Below are positions 1 to 4,927 of a stretch of DNA of 6,401 nucleotides, in pieces (the first letter of the stretch is position 1; every line of letters starts with the position of its first letter). A program made the position numbers and the translations under genes. Below the pieces are notes generated by a model. It was given only the letters and a program-made list of their open reading frames with translations. It did not search any database and was not told where the DNA came from. The stretch is from positions 1 to 6,401 of IMG/VR virus record IMGVR_UViG_3300039918_000034; one strand, given 5' to 3'. The DNA comes from a virus.

Positions 1-55
1 AATACATAAGCTACCCCTAACTTATTGCGACGAACACGACTCAAGAAGGAGGGGG
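1..55. repeat. Left copy of an exact 55-nt terminal redundancy, identical to 6347..6401. Interpreted as the circular-contig overlap; unit genome 6,346 bp.
   Basis: Base-by-base comparison: aatacataagctacccctaacttattgcgacgaacacgactcaagaaggaggggg occurs at 1..55 and at 6347..6401. It sits exactly at both window ends, and the gene content between is a complete inovirus set. Confidence 0.9.
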
Positions 56-154
56 TTCGGCCCTACGGGCCTCCCTCGCTATTCGCTCGGCTTGAGCCGC
101 CCCCTTGCTCTATTCGAGCGCCTGAGAGGTTTAGCAGAAAGAGGAGTTTTGACG
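1..154. other. Non-coding, GC-rich structured intergenic region. It is contiguous with 6211..6346 on the circle. Candidate ori, packaging signal and attachment region.
   Basis: No convincing ORF. There is a composite hairpin at 49..77: outer stem gaggg 49..53 with ccctc 73..77, inner stem ggccc 59..63 with gggcc 67..71. Two small stem-loops share the same stem, GCTC-N5-GAGC, at 85..97 and 107..119, 22 bp apart. On the minus strand the 49..77 hairpin is followed by ttctt, so it could also terminate the regulator operon (weak). Confidence 0.45.
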
Positions 155-418
155 TTATCTCTTTCTCAAAAGATAGCCACGAAGGATACGGTCTACAACA
201 TCGCCCAGGCTAACATCCTTGAATTCCACGAAGTTCGCAAGCGCCTGCTGGACCTCCTTTGAGATGACAACAGTAGACGAGACCTTGCCCTGAGCCGCTA
301 GCTTTTCCCGGCGCCGAGCCTGACGCTCAGCCGCAGTAAGAGCCTTACCAGTAGGCGGCCGACCACGGCGAACGGGGACGCCAGGAAGATCACCGGTAAC
401 AACATCTTTAATCGCCAT
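155..418 (-). CDS. Putative ribbon-helix-helix (RHH) DNA-binding regulator, 87 aa, with an Arg-rich N-terminal segment.
   Basis: ATG at 418..416 is preceded by a G-run SD (ggggggcgcgttg ATG), and the start overlaps the stop of the upstream 56-aa ORF (TGATG). The C-terminal part, STVVISKEVQQALANFVEFKDVSLGDVVDRILRGYLL, fits a strand-helix-turn-helix RHH pattern. The N-terminus is basic (VRRGRPPTGKALTAAERQARRREK). The track ORF start at 433 is 5 codons upstream with no better signal. Stop TAA at 155..157. Confidence 0.6.
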   Translation of the reverse strand: MAIKDVVTGDLPGVPVRRGRPPTGKALTAAERQARRREKLAAQGKVSSTVVISKEVQQALANFVEFKDVSLGDVVDRILRGYLLRKR

Positions 419-588
419 CAACGCGCCCCCCAAACGCCGAGCTTTTTGAGAGCAGATTCAATAATAGGCAGCTGTTTAGAAAAGCCGAACTCATCCTGAG
501 AATCATCAACAACCAAGCTCTGCATCTTCTCGCGCCGATCAATAAGAGCAAGAACCATGACAAGCATTTCTTCATTAGTAAAGCCCAT
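418..588 (-). CDS. Hypothetical 56-aa protein, first gene of the regulator operon. It is below the ORF-track size cut-off.
   Basis: Manual translation gives MGFTNEEMLVMVLALIDRREKMQSLVVDDSQDEFGFSKQLPIIESALKKLGVWGAR. The ATG at 588..586 is preceded by acaGGGGGAttt. Stop TGA at 420..418 shares one base with the ATG of the next gene. Composition is balanced and protein-like, unlike the overlapping 72-aa track ORF (408..626, TTG start, L/C/W-rich). Confidence 0.5.
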   Translation of the reverse strand: MGFTNEEMLVMVLALIDRREKMQSLVVDDSQDEFGFSKQLPIIESALKKLGVWGAR

Positions 589-612
589 AAATCCCCCTGT
601 GAAAGAAACTCC

Positions 613-667
613 ATTATATGTGACAAGTCACGTTTAATAAAGTCTTTTTCCGTTACAAATCACGTTT
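613..667 (-). promoter_or_regulatory. Candidate promoter and operator region for the 56-aa / RHH operon.
   Basis: A perfect TATAAT lies on the minus strand (plus attata, 613..618), about 25 nt upstream of the ATG at 588. A 12-bp palindrome, gtgacaagtcac, sits at 620..631 directly upstream of the -10. Direct repeats acaaGtcacgttt (623..635) and acaaAtcacgttt (655..667) are 32 bp apart. No good -35 was found. Confidence 0.45.
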
Positions 668-725
668 TTTCCTCGCCCGGTCTCAGAGCGTGTCGCGCAA
701 GCGCGCCCCGCCCAGATCCCAGGCT

Positions 726-1952
726 CTAATGCATCCCTTGCTGTACACCACCAACAATCGCTCTACGAGCACGAGGAACATCCTGGGCAGGACCTTCTGA
801 AGGAGAGGACACAACAGGAGCAGCAGCAGGACCAGCAAAAGCAACCACAGACGACGCCTGACGCGCATACGACCCCGAATCGGGACGATCCGACAGAACC
901 TCAACAGAACGTTCCGCACGCTGCGCCTGGGCCTGCTGTTGCTGCCTACGAGCATCCGGCTCAAAGTCCAGGAAATAGCCGTTTTGAGCGATGCTAATAC
1001 ACATGTTGTATTCGACTTCCATAGGCGTGCCAGCCTGCGTGAAGCACTTACACCGCGGTGCAGGCTTTCCCTCCCTGGCAACACCAACCTGGATGCAGGC
1101 CGCAGGAACTGGAACCCGAGTAGGAACCGTAAGTTCATCATACTTCGGTGCAGTCTGAGGAAGACCAGGAACACGCGGCGTATTCTGTTGAACATAGATA
1201 CGGGCATCCACCAACGGATCAAATTCTTCCTTCCGATTCGCCGAACCATAACCAGAAACGGAAGAGGACAGACCAGGTGCAGACGAGGCAACCTGACCCT
1301 GTTGCGCTACCGGCACCACATCCAGAGGAGCAGAATTCTTTTTTTGCCACCAGTCCAAAACAAAATAACCAGTCACAGGAACGGCAACAACAAAAGCCGC
1401 CGCCAAAATCAGTTTGAGAGGAATCGACTTTTTAACCGTATGAACTTCGGCACTTGTGTAATAACCGTAGACCTCTTTGGGATATGCCCATTTAAGAGGG
1501 ATAGCACTCTTCATCGCGGCAGGAGAACCCGGCGACATAGTGACTTTCGACCACTCATAAATGGACGATCGCTCAAGACCGAATTTCCGAACAGAATTGA
1601 AATGCTGACCAACCAGTTCCCTCACAAACAGGTCTACCAGGGCAGGCGTTTGAGTAATGATAAACAAATCAATACCCAAGTGACGATGGGTCGCCAGCTT
1701 CTCATAATGGTCAGGACGCTTCGCACCGTTACCGAGTTTTGGAAATACCTGCTGCGCCTCATCAATAACCATGATAGAACCAGCAGGCAAATCCTGCCAT
1801 TTCTCCGGATCATGAGCAGTCCAGGGCAATGTAAGGTCCCTGATATTATGGTAATAAACAGGACGGTTCTCGCGCTCAGCCTTCTTTTTGATATACCACA
1901 ACGCAAACAACGTTTTCCCGTTACCCGGCAATCCCGTAAGCAAGGTAATCAT
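726..1952 (-). CDS. Zot / pI-family phage assembly ATPase, 408 aa.
   Basis: Walker A is at the N-terminus (MITLLTGLPGNGKT) and Walker B is SIMVIDEAQ. One central TM segment (IPLKLILAAAFVVAVPVTGYFVL, about aa 177-200) is followed by a Cys-containing periplasmic domain. This is the canonical last position of the morphogenesis module. The ATG at 1952 overlaps the upstream stop (ATGA), with SD-like aggtggtgg upstream. Confidence 0.9.
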   Translation of the reverse strand: MITLLTGLPGNGKTLFALWYIKKKAERENRPVYYHNIRDLTLPWTAHDPEKWQDLPAGSIMVIDEAQQVFPKLGNGAKRPDHYEKLATHRHLGIDLFIITQTPALVDLFVRELVGQHFNSVRKFGLERSSIYEWSKVTMSPGSPAAMKSAIPLKWAYPKEVYGYYTSAEVHTVKKSIPLKLILAAAFVVAVPVTGYFVLDWWQKKNSAPLDVVPVAQQGQVASSAPGLSSSVSGYGSANRKEEFDPLVDARIYVQQNTPRVPGLPQTAPKYDELTVPTRVPVPAACIQVGVAREGKPAPRCKCFTQAGTPMEVEYNMCISIAQNGYFLDFEPDARRQQQQAQAQRAERSVEVLSDRPDSGSYARQASSVVAFAGPAAAPVVSSPSEGPAQDVPRARRAIVGGVQQGMH

Positions 1953-2248
1953 TTAGCCACCACCTGTTTGACCGATCCGCTAAGTCCTTTGATTGCAAGT
2001 GCCGTAACAATCGCAGAAAAGATGATGGTCAATGCTTTATCAATCCAAAGATAACCAAGAAAGCTAACAACATCAGGAGGCAACGATGTAATACCGTCAA
2101 TCGCCTTTTCCTTAAAAACGTCAACGGCCAAATCAATGCCCTTATACGTTACGAATCCAATGCCAAGCGCAATCATCGCCCGACCAATAAACGAACCCAT
2201 GGCCGACGCCAAAGCACCGATCAAAGCAGGAAGAAATAAAGCCCACAT
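1949..2248 (-). CDS. pVI-like minor coat / membrane protein, 99 aa. From memory it resembles the DUF2523-type protein found just upstream of Zot in many inoviruses.
   Basis: The protein is strongly hydrophobic with about 3 TM segments (MWALFLPALIGALASAMGSFIGRAMIALGIGFVTY ... LTIIFSAIVTALAI). It sits between pIII-like and Zot. The ATG lies 2 nt after the pIII stop, and its own stop overlaps the Zot ATG. Confidence 0.65.
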   Translation of the reverse strand: MWALFLPALIGALASAMGSFIGRAMIALGIGFVTYKGIDLAVDVFKEKAIDGITSLPPDVVSFLGYLWIDKALTIIFSAIVTALAIKGLSGSVKQVVAK

Positions 2249-2250
2249 AA

Positions 2251-3747
2251 TTAAGCAGCATCCATAACAGATTTAGAAACCAGGAGATAAGCGACAATAA
2301 ATGCACAAGCCAACACGACATAACGCAACGGCTGGATATTGTCGCAGATGATTCCAAATTCAACCGTAACCGACCTACCCGCTACCATGAAGTTTTTAGG
2401 CGCAAAACACGAGCCACCACCAAGGAAACCAGACTCGTCTAGATTCGGCCTACTTAAATCAATCACCTCACCCTTCAGCATTGCGTCAATAGCACCCTGT
2501 TGCGGATCAGCACCGTCCATAATGGCTTGACCAGAGCCACGCACCGGCATGCGCTTCAACTCCTCGACCGCATCTCTCTCCCTGCATTCCATCGCAGCTG
2601 CGGAACGCAACGTAGCGCACTGGATAGCATCGCCAACACAAGCAGTCTGACCACAAGTACCAGATACCGAGGATTCTCGACAAACAGCAAGATTCGGGTT
2701 CTGCTTACAAAAGTTCACTTGCTCTTGAGGCTTATCAGGCGTCTCCTTACCTGGCGCACCCCCAGCCGTAGGCGTCGTCTCCTTTGTCTGCTCTTTAGTC
2801 ACACCACCACCATTAGAAGGCGACGCGGTAGTAACTTTATCCACCGTGGTCGTGTTACTTCCATCAGCGTTAACCTTAATAGTCGTCGTAGTAACTGTTA
2901 CCGACCCATCAGGGTTAGTCGTAGAAGTAGCGACTTGGGTTGTTTTCGGATTAGCAGATGGATTCTTAGGCGTGGAACCAGTACCAACACAATTAATCAA
3001 ACCATCAGCAGAAAAACCACCCGCTACAGTCCCCTTTGGACACGCCGTACCATCTTTAACCGAACCGGCATTTGTCGGTAAAGGCTCCTCACCCGGCTTA
3101 GCGGCCACCTCAGTAGATGGACCCGGAACCTTATCACTCGCAGCAAGCGGATCACCTGATCGCTCACCAATGTAGGTGCAATAACTAACGTCATCGACTC
3201 CCAAGTAACACGACTTCACATCTACAAGCTTCAACTTGCATTCACCATCTGTCGATCCATCCAAAGGCGGTTTTGGTAACGTGACACCCTTCGAGTCAAT
3301 CATCTTATAGGTAACCCTTACAGTACTCCCAGCGGTACAAACCGGACCGGCAGGCGGCGCATTCGGGTCTGCATTACAAACACTACCGCTTCGAATACCA
3401 CCATTGGGACACCGAAGGTATTCCCAAACCGAACCAATGTAGGTGTTGTTCGAGTTGTTCTTTTGGGCGATCTTAAAAGACTTGGAGGAAGCATCGCAAT
3501 ACGACAACGTCCACGTTTGACCAGGTGCAACAGTAGACATCCACAATCGAAGGAAATCCTCACATGCTGCCTGCACCGTATTCTGATACGGCCCTCTAAA
3601 AGTCGGAGTGTAGTTGTACTCCGCACGGTACTGCGTCACCGCCGGATACGGATAAGTAACAGCTTTAGCAGGTAATGCAGTCCCCAAAGCCATAAAGATC
3701 ACAGCCAAAGCAGCTAAAAGCCATGTTTTGATTTCTTCTTTAATCAT
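2251..3747 (-). CDS. pIII-like adsorption / minor coat protein, 498 aa.
   Basis: The architecture is diagnostic. There is an N-terminal signal peptide (MIKEEIKTWLLAALAVIFMALGTALPAKA). A Cys-rich N-terminal domain has 10 Cys. A T/S/G/P/K-rich low-complexity linker covers about aa 257-343 (nt 2719..2979). A Cys-rich C-domain ends in a hydrophobic anchor (LRYVVLACAFIVAYLLV). It is the largest gene and lies directly after the coat-gene terminator, as gIII does in Ff and Pf1. Confidence 0.75.
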   Translation of the reverse strand: MIKEEIKTWLLAALAVIFMALGTALPAKAVTYPYPAVTQYRAEYNYTPTFRGPYQNTVQAACEDFLRLWMSTVAPGQTWTLSYCDASSKSFKIAQKNNSNNTYIGSVWEYLRCPNGGIRSGSVCNADPNAPPAGPVCTAGSTVRVTYKMIDSKGVTLPKPPLDGSTDGECKLKLVDVKSCYLGVDDVSYCTYIGERSGDPLAASDKVPGPSTEVAAKPGEEPLPTNAGSVKDGTACPKGTVAGGFSADGLINCVGTGSTPKNPSANPKTTQVATSTTNPDGSVTVTTTTIKVNADGSNTTTVDKVTTASPSNGGGVTKEQTKETTPTAGGAPGKETPDKPQEQVNFCKQNPNLAVCRESSVSGTCGQTACVGDAIQCATLRSAAAMECRERDAVEELKRMPVRGSGQAIMDGADPQQGAIDAMLKGEVIDLSRPNLDESGFLGGGSCFAPKNFMVAGRSVTVEFGIICDNIQPLRYVVLACAFIVAYLLVSKSVMDAA

Positions 3748-3805
3748 GGTTTAACATAATCCAAAAACCGCCCAATAAGGCAAGCATCACGCAAATCCCA
3801 GCCAT
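3740..3805 (-). CDS. Candidate 21-aa hydrophobic micro-protein, translationally coupled to the pIII-like gene.
   Basis: Manual translation gives MAGICVMLALLGGFWIMLNHD. The ATG at 3805..3803 is preceded by caGGGGGGtggt. Its stop is embedded in ATGATTAA, where the ATG is the pIII-like start. The pIII-like gene has no SD of its own. The ORF is too short for any statistical support. Confidence 0.3.
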   Translation of the reverse strand: MAGICVMLALLGGFWIMLNHD

Positions 3806-3823
3806 ACCACCCCCCTGTTAACG

Positions 3824-3847
3824 AAAAAAGGGGCACGAAGCCCCTTT
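3824..3847 (-). terminator. Rho-independent terminator downstream of the major coat gene.
   Basis: The minus strand reads aaaggggc-ttcgt-gccccttt followed by more T, with 6 consecutive T after gcccc. The stem has 5 GC plus 3 AU pairs and a 5-nt loop. It lies 24 nt after the coat stop, the same position as the strong terminator after gVIII in Ff phages. Confidence 0.85.
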
Positions 3848-3870
3848 CTCAAAACGCCGCCAACGTCGAA

Positions 3871-4071
3871 TTACTTGATGACGCGACGAATCCAGCTGAA
3901 AGCCGCCACGGCCACCACCACGCCGATAATCAGGCCGCCAGCGGTTTTGATATCGGTAGTCGATTCGGTAACAGCAGCCGAGATATCGACACCAGCAGCC
4001 ATTGCCGACGAAGCGACGAACGAGGAAGCAGCCAGAACGGCACCGCCGATTTTGTTTTTCAGATTTTTCAT
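3871..4071 (-). CDS. Major coat protein precursor (pVIII-like), 66 aa.
   Basis: A 25-aa signal peptide ends in AMA (MKNLKNKIGGAVLAASSFVASSAMA). The 41-aa mature part has an acidic N-terminus (AGVDISAAVTESTTD), a hydrophobic core (GGLIIGVVVAVAAF) and a basic C-terminus (SWIRRVIK). SD is aggggctctgaatc ATG. The start overlaps the upstream stop (ATGA), and a strong terminator follows. Confidence 0.88.
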   Translation of the reverse strand: MKNLKNKIGGAVLAASSFVASSAMAAGVDISAAVTESTTDIKTAGGLIIGVVVAVAAFSWIRRVIK

Positions 4072-4310
4072 GATTCAGAGCCCCTAATTACATTTATAAG
4101 AGAACGGATTGCGTAAGCCGTGACCCAGCAAGTAATAATGCCAGCCGAAGCAAAAGCGCCATCCTTAGCAGTCATCGCAAACAGGCTGTTCGCAACTTCC
4201 GCACCGCTTTGAACTACGTATTGACACGCAGACAAATCTAGAGCAGTCGGATCAAGCACCAGGGCGAGAGAACCGTCCGCCTGCTGAACTGCCTGAGCAC
4301 AAACCGCCAT
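4068..4310 (-). CDS. 80-aa small membrane protein. Possibly a minor coat protein, analogous in position to Pf1 ORF83 or Ff pVII/pIX.
   Basis: The ATG at 4310..4308 lies 4 nt after the stop of the preceding gene. The track start at 4373 is a GTG overlapping that gene by 59 nt. The C-terminal segment is hydrophobic then basic (AFASAGIITCWVTAYAIRSLINVIR). The stop overlaps the coat ATG. Function is inferred from position only. Confidence 0.55.
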   Translation of the reverse strand: MAVCAQAVQQADGSLALVLDPTALDLSACQYVVQSGAEVANSLFAMTAKDGAFASAGIITCWVTAYAIRSLINVIRGSES

Positions 4311-4314
4311 GTTC

Positions 4315-4614
4315 TTACGCTGCCTTAGCGAGCGTTTCGAAACCGATAACAACGGTTTCCAGCTTGCCGCCACGCGGCCGGACTTCGGTTTGCAGTTGCA
4401 TCTGGACCGGATACTTTTGCCCCATGAAGGTCGGCAGCGCCTCGGGAGCCAATGGAATTTCCATCACGGAAAAACCAGCACCGTTGATCTGCATTTTCTG
4501 GTTGTTGACGATCTCGACCGGAACCAACACGGCGATGTTGCACATGTCGTAAGCTGCGCCGCTGCTCTTGGCAGTACCGGACATGCGCCTAACCCCGCAA
4601 ACGTTTGCCTTCAT
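4315..4614 (-). CDS. Putative ssDNA-binding protein (pV analogue), 99 aa.
   Basis: It is about 100 aa, soluble, and sits between Rep and the coat genes. The preferred start is the ATG at 4614 with tagaGGGtgaac upstream; the track start at 4620 is a GTG two codons earlier. The segment SGTAKSSGAAY loosely recalls the SG..K/R..G..Y DNA-binding loop of Ff gene V protein. The assignment is positional and not proven. Confidence 0.5.
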   Translation of the reverse strand: MKANVCGVRRMSGTAKSSGAAYDMCNIAVLVPVEIVNNQKMQINGAGFSVMEIPLAPEALPTFMGQKYPVQMQLQTEVRPRGGKLETVVIGFETLAKAA

Positions 4615-4627
4615 GTTCACCCTCTAG

Positions 4628-4656
4628 GATAAAAAGATAATTCGATAAAAAGATAA
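4628..4656. repeat. Tandem direct repeat: the 13-mer gataaaaagataa occurs twice (4628..4640 and 4644..4656), period 16 bp.
   Basis: Exact 13/13 identity. It lies in the predicted 5' leader of the ssb/structural operon, immediately upstream of the ssb SD. On the minus strand it reads ttatctttttatc-gaa-ttatctttttatc. Confidence 0.85.
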
Positions 4657-4668
4657 CCAGCGGAAAGG

Positions 4669-4729
4669 AGAATAACCGTAGAGAATTCTGTATGTCAACG
4701 AAAATTTTCGTGACAATTGACGAGAATTC
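4669..4729. promoter_or_regulatory. Divergent control region between the structural operon (minus strand) and the plus-strand RHH-like gene. It holds a palindromic operator candidate and a candidate minus-strand promoter.
   Basis: A perfect 14-bp palindrome, acgaaaattttcgt, lies at 4698..4711. It extends to an imperfect 23-bp inverted repeat, tgtcaacgaaaattttcgtgaca (4693..4715). This is flanked by two copies of gagaattc (4681..4688 and 4722..4729). On the minus strand a perfect -35 TTGACA (4698..4693) is followed by an 18-nt spacer and TATTCT (4674..4669). The -35 overlaps the palindrome arm. Confidence 0.45.
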
Positions 4730-4741
4730 AACGGGGAAAAG

Positions 4742-4927
4742 ATGGTAAAAAACGTCAAGATAGAGGAGCAGGCGCACAAAAGCCTGCGGATCAGAGCCGC
4801 AGAACTTGAGTGCCAAATAGGTGACTTGTGCTCGCTTTTAGTAGTCGTTTCCCTAGAAGAACACGACAACGAGGAGCTTAAAAAGTTGCTAGAAAAACAG
4901 TCTGGAACAGAAAAAAATGCAGGCTAG
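4742..4927 (+). CDS. Putative RHH-type transcriptional regulator (candidate repressor), 61 aa. It is the only plus-strand gene.
   Basis: ATG with SD is acGGGGAaaag ATG. MVKNVKIEEQAHKSLRIRAAELECQIGDLCSLLVVVSLEE fits a strand-helix-turn-helix RHH pattern, followed by an acidic/basic tail. The overlapping minus-strand track ORFs (4589..4816, 4624..4869) have junk-like composition. The stop TAG at 4925..4927 overlaps the rep stop (CTAG). Confidence 0.55.
   Translation: MVKNVKIEEQAHKSLRIRAAELECQIGDLCSLLVVVSLEEHDNEELKKLLEKQSGTEKNAG

Noticed and set aside
25-213. 62-aa plus-strand ORF in the intergenic region.
   Set aside because: It has a TTG start and no SD. It crosses the hairpin-rich non-coding region and runs antisense into the 3' end of the RHH gene.
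408-626. 72-aa minus-strand track ORF.
   Set aside because: It has a TTG start inside the palindromic operator and an L/C/W-rich composition. The 56-aa ATG ORF in another frame (418..588) has an SD, a coupled stop/start and a protein-like sequence, so it is preferred.
670-725. GC-rich stretch right after the Zot stop, examined as a possible terminator.
   Set aside because: Only 4-bp stems can be drawn, and on the coding (minus) strand it is followed by an A-run, not a T-run. No terminator is called.
683-1291. 202-aa minus-strand ORF in an alternative frame over the Zot 3' half.
   Set aside because: The sequence is R/L-rich and junk-like. It overlaps a gene with clear motifs in another frame and runs past the Zot stop into the promoter region.
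1512-1538. In-frame internal Met codons of Zot (ATG at 1538 and 1514), about 30-40 aa upstream of the TM segment, as a possible pXI-like internal start as in Ff gene I/XI.
   Set aside because: Neither ATG has an SD-like sequence upstream. The sequence alone cannot distinguish an internal start from ordinary Met codons.
939-2054. 371-aa plus-strand ORF, the second longest in the track.
   Set aside because: It is entirely antisense to the well-supported Zot gene. The composition is extremely Arg-rich and low-complexity (RRILLNIDTGIHQRIKFF...). It has no SD and no recognisable motif. It is a typical shadow ORF of a gene on the opposite strand.
2339-3675. Several plus-strand ORFs (2339..2530, 2500..3081, 2846..3175, 3463..3675) and a minus-strand alternative-frame ORF (3318..3626) over the pIII-like gene.
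   Set aside because: All are antisense or out of frame relative to a gene with a full pIII architecture. They are R/S/T-rich translations of the repetitive linker DNA, with no start signals.
3749-3759. A 10/11 match to the canonical XerD-binding arm of dif (minus strand TTATGTTAAAC versus TTATGTTAAAT).
   Set aside because: The adjacent sequence gives only about 4/11 for a XerC arm at the correct 6-bp spacing, and the conserved GCATAA is absent. The match lies inside coding or coupling sequence. It is probably chance, though it should be rechecked if prophage junctions map here.
4325-4632. Overlapping ORFs on both strands across the ssb gene (4309..4632 +, 4364..4552 +, 4325..4543 -).
   Set aside because: They are shadow or alternative-frame ORFs without SD. 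The 99-aa frame has a proper SD-ATG and sits in the canonical slot.
4589-4869. Minus-strand ORFs of 75 aa and 81 aa opposite the plus-strand RHH-like gene.
   Set aside because: Their composition is S/L/F/C-rich and non-protein-like. They would run through the control region repeats and the ssb start. The plus-strand 61-aa ORF has an SD and an RHH-like pattern.
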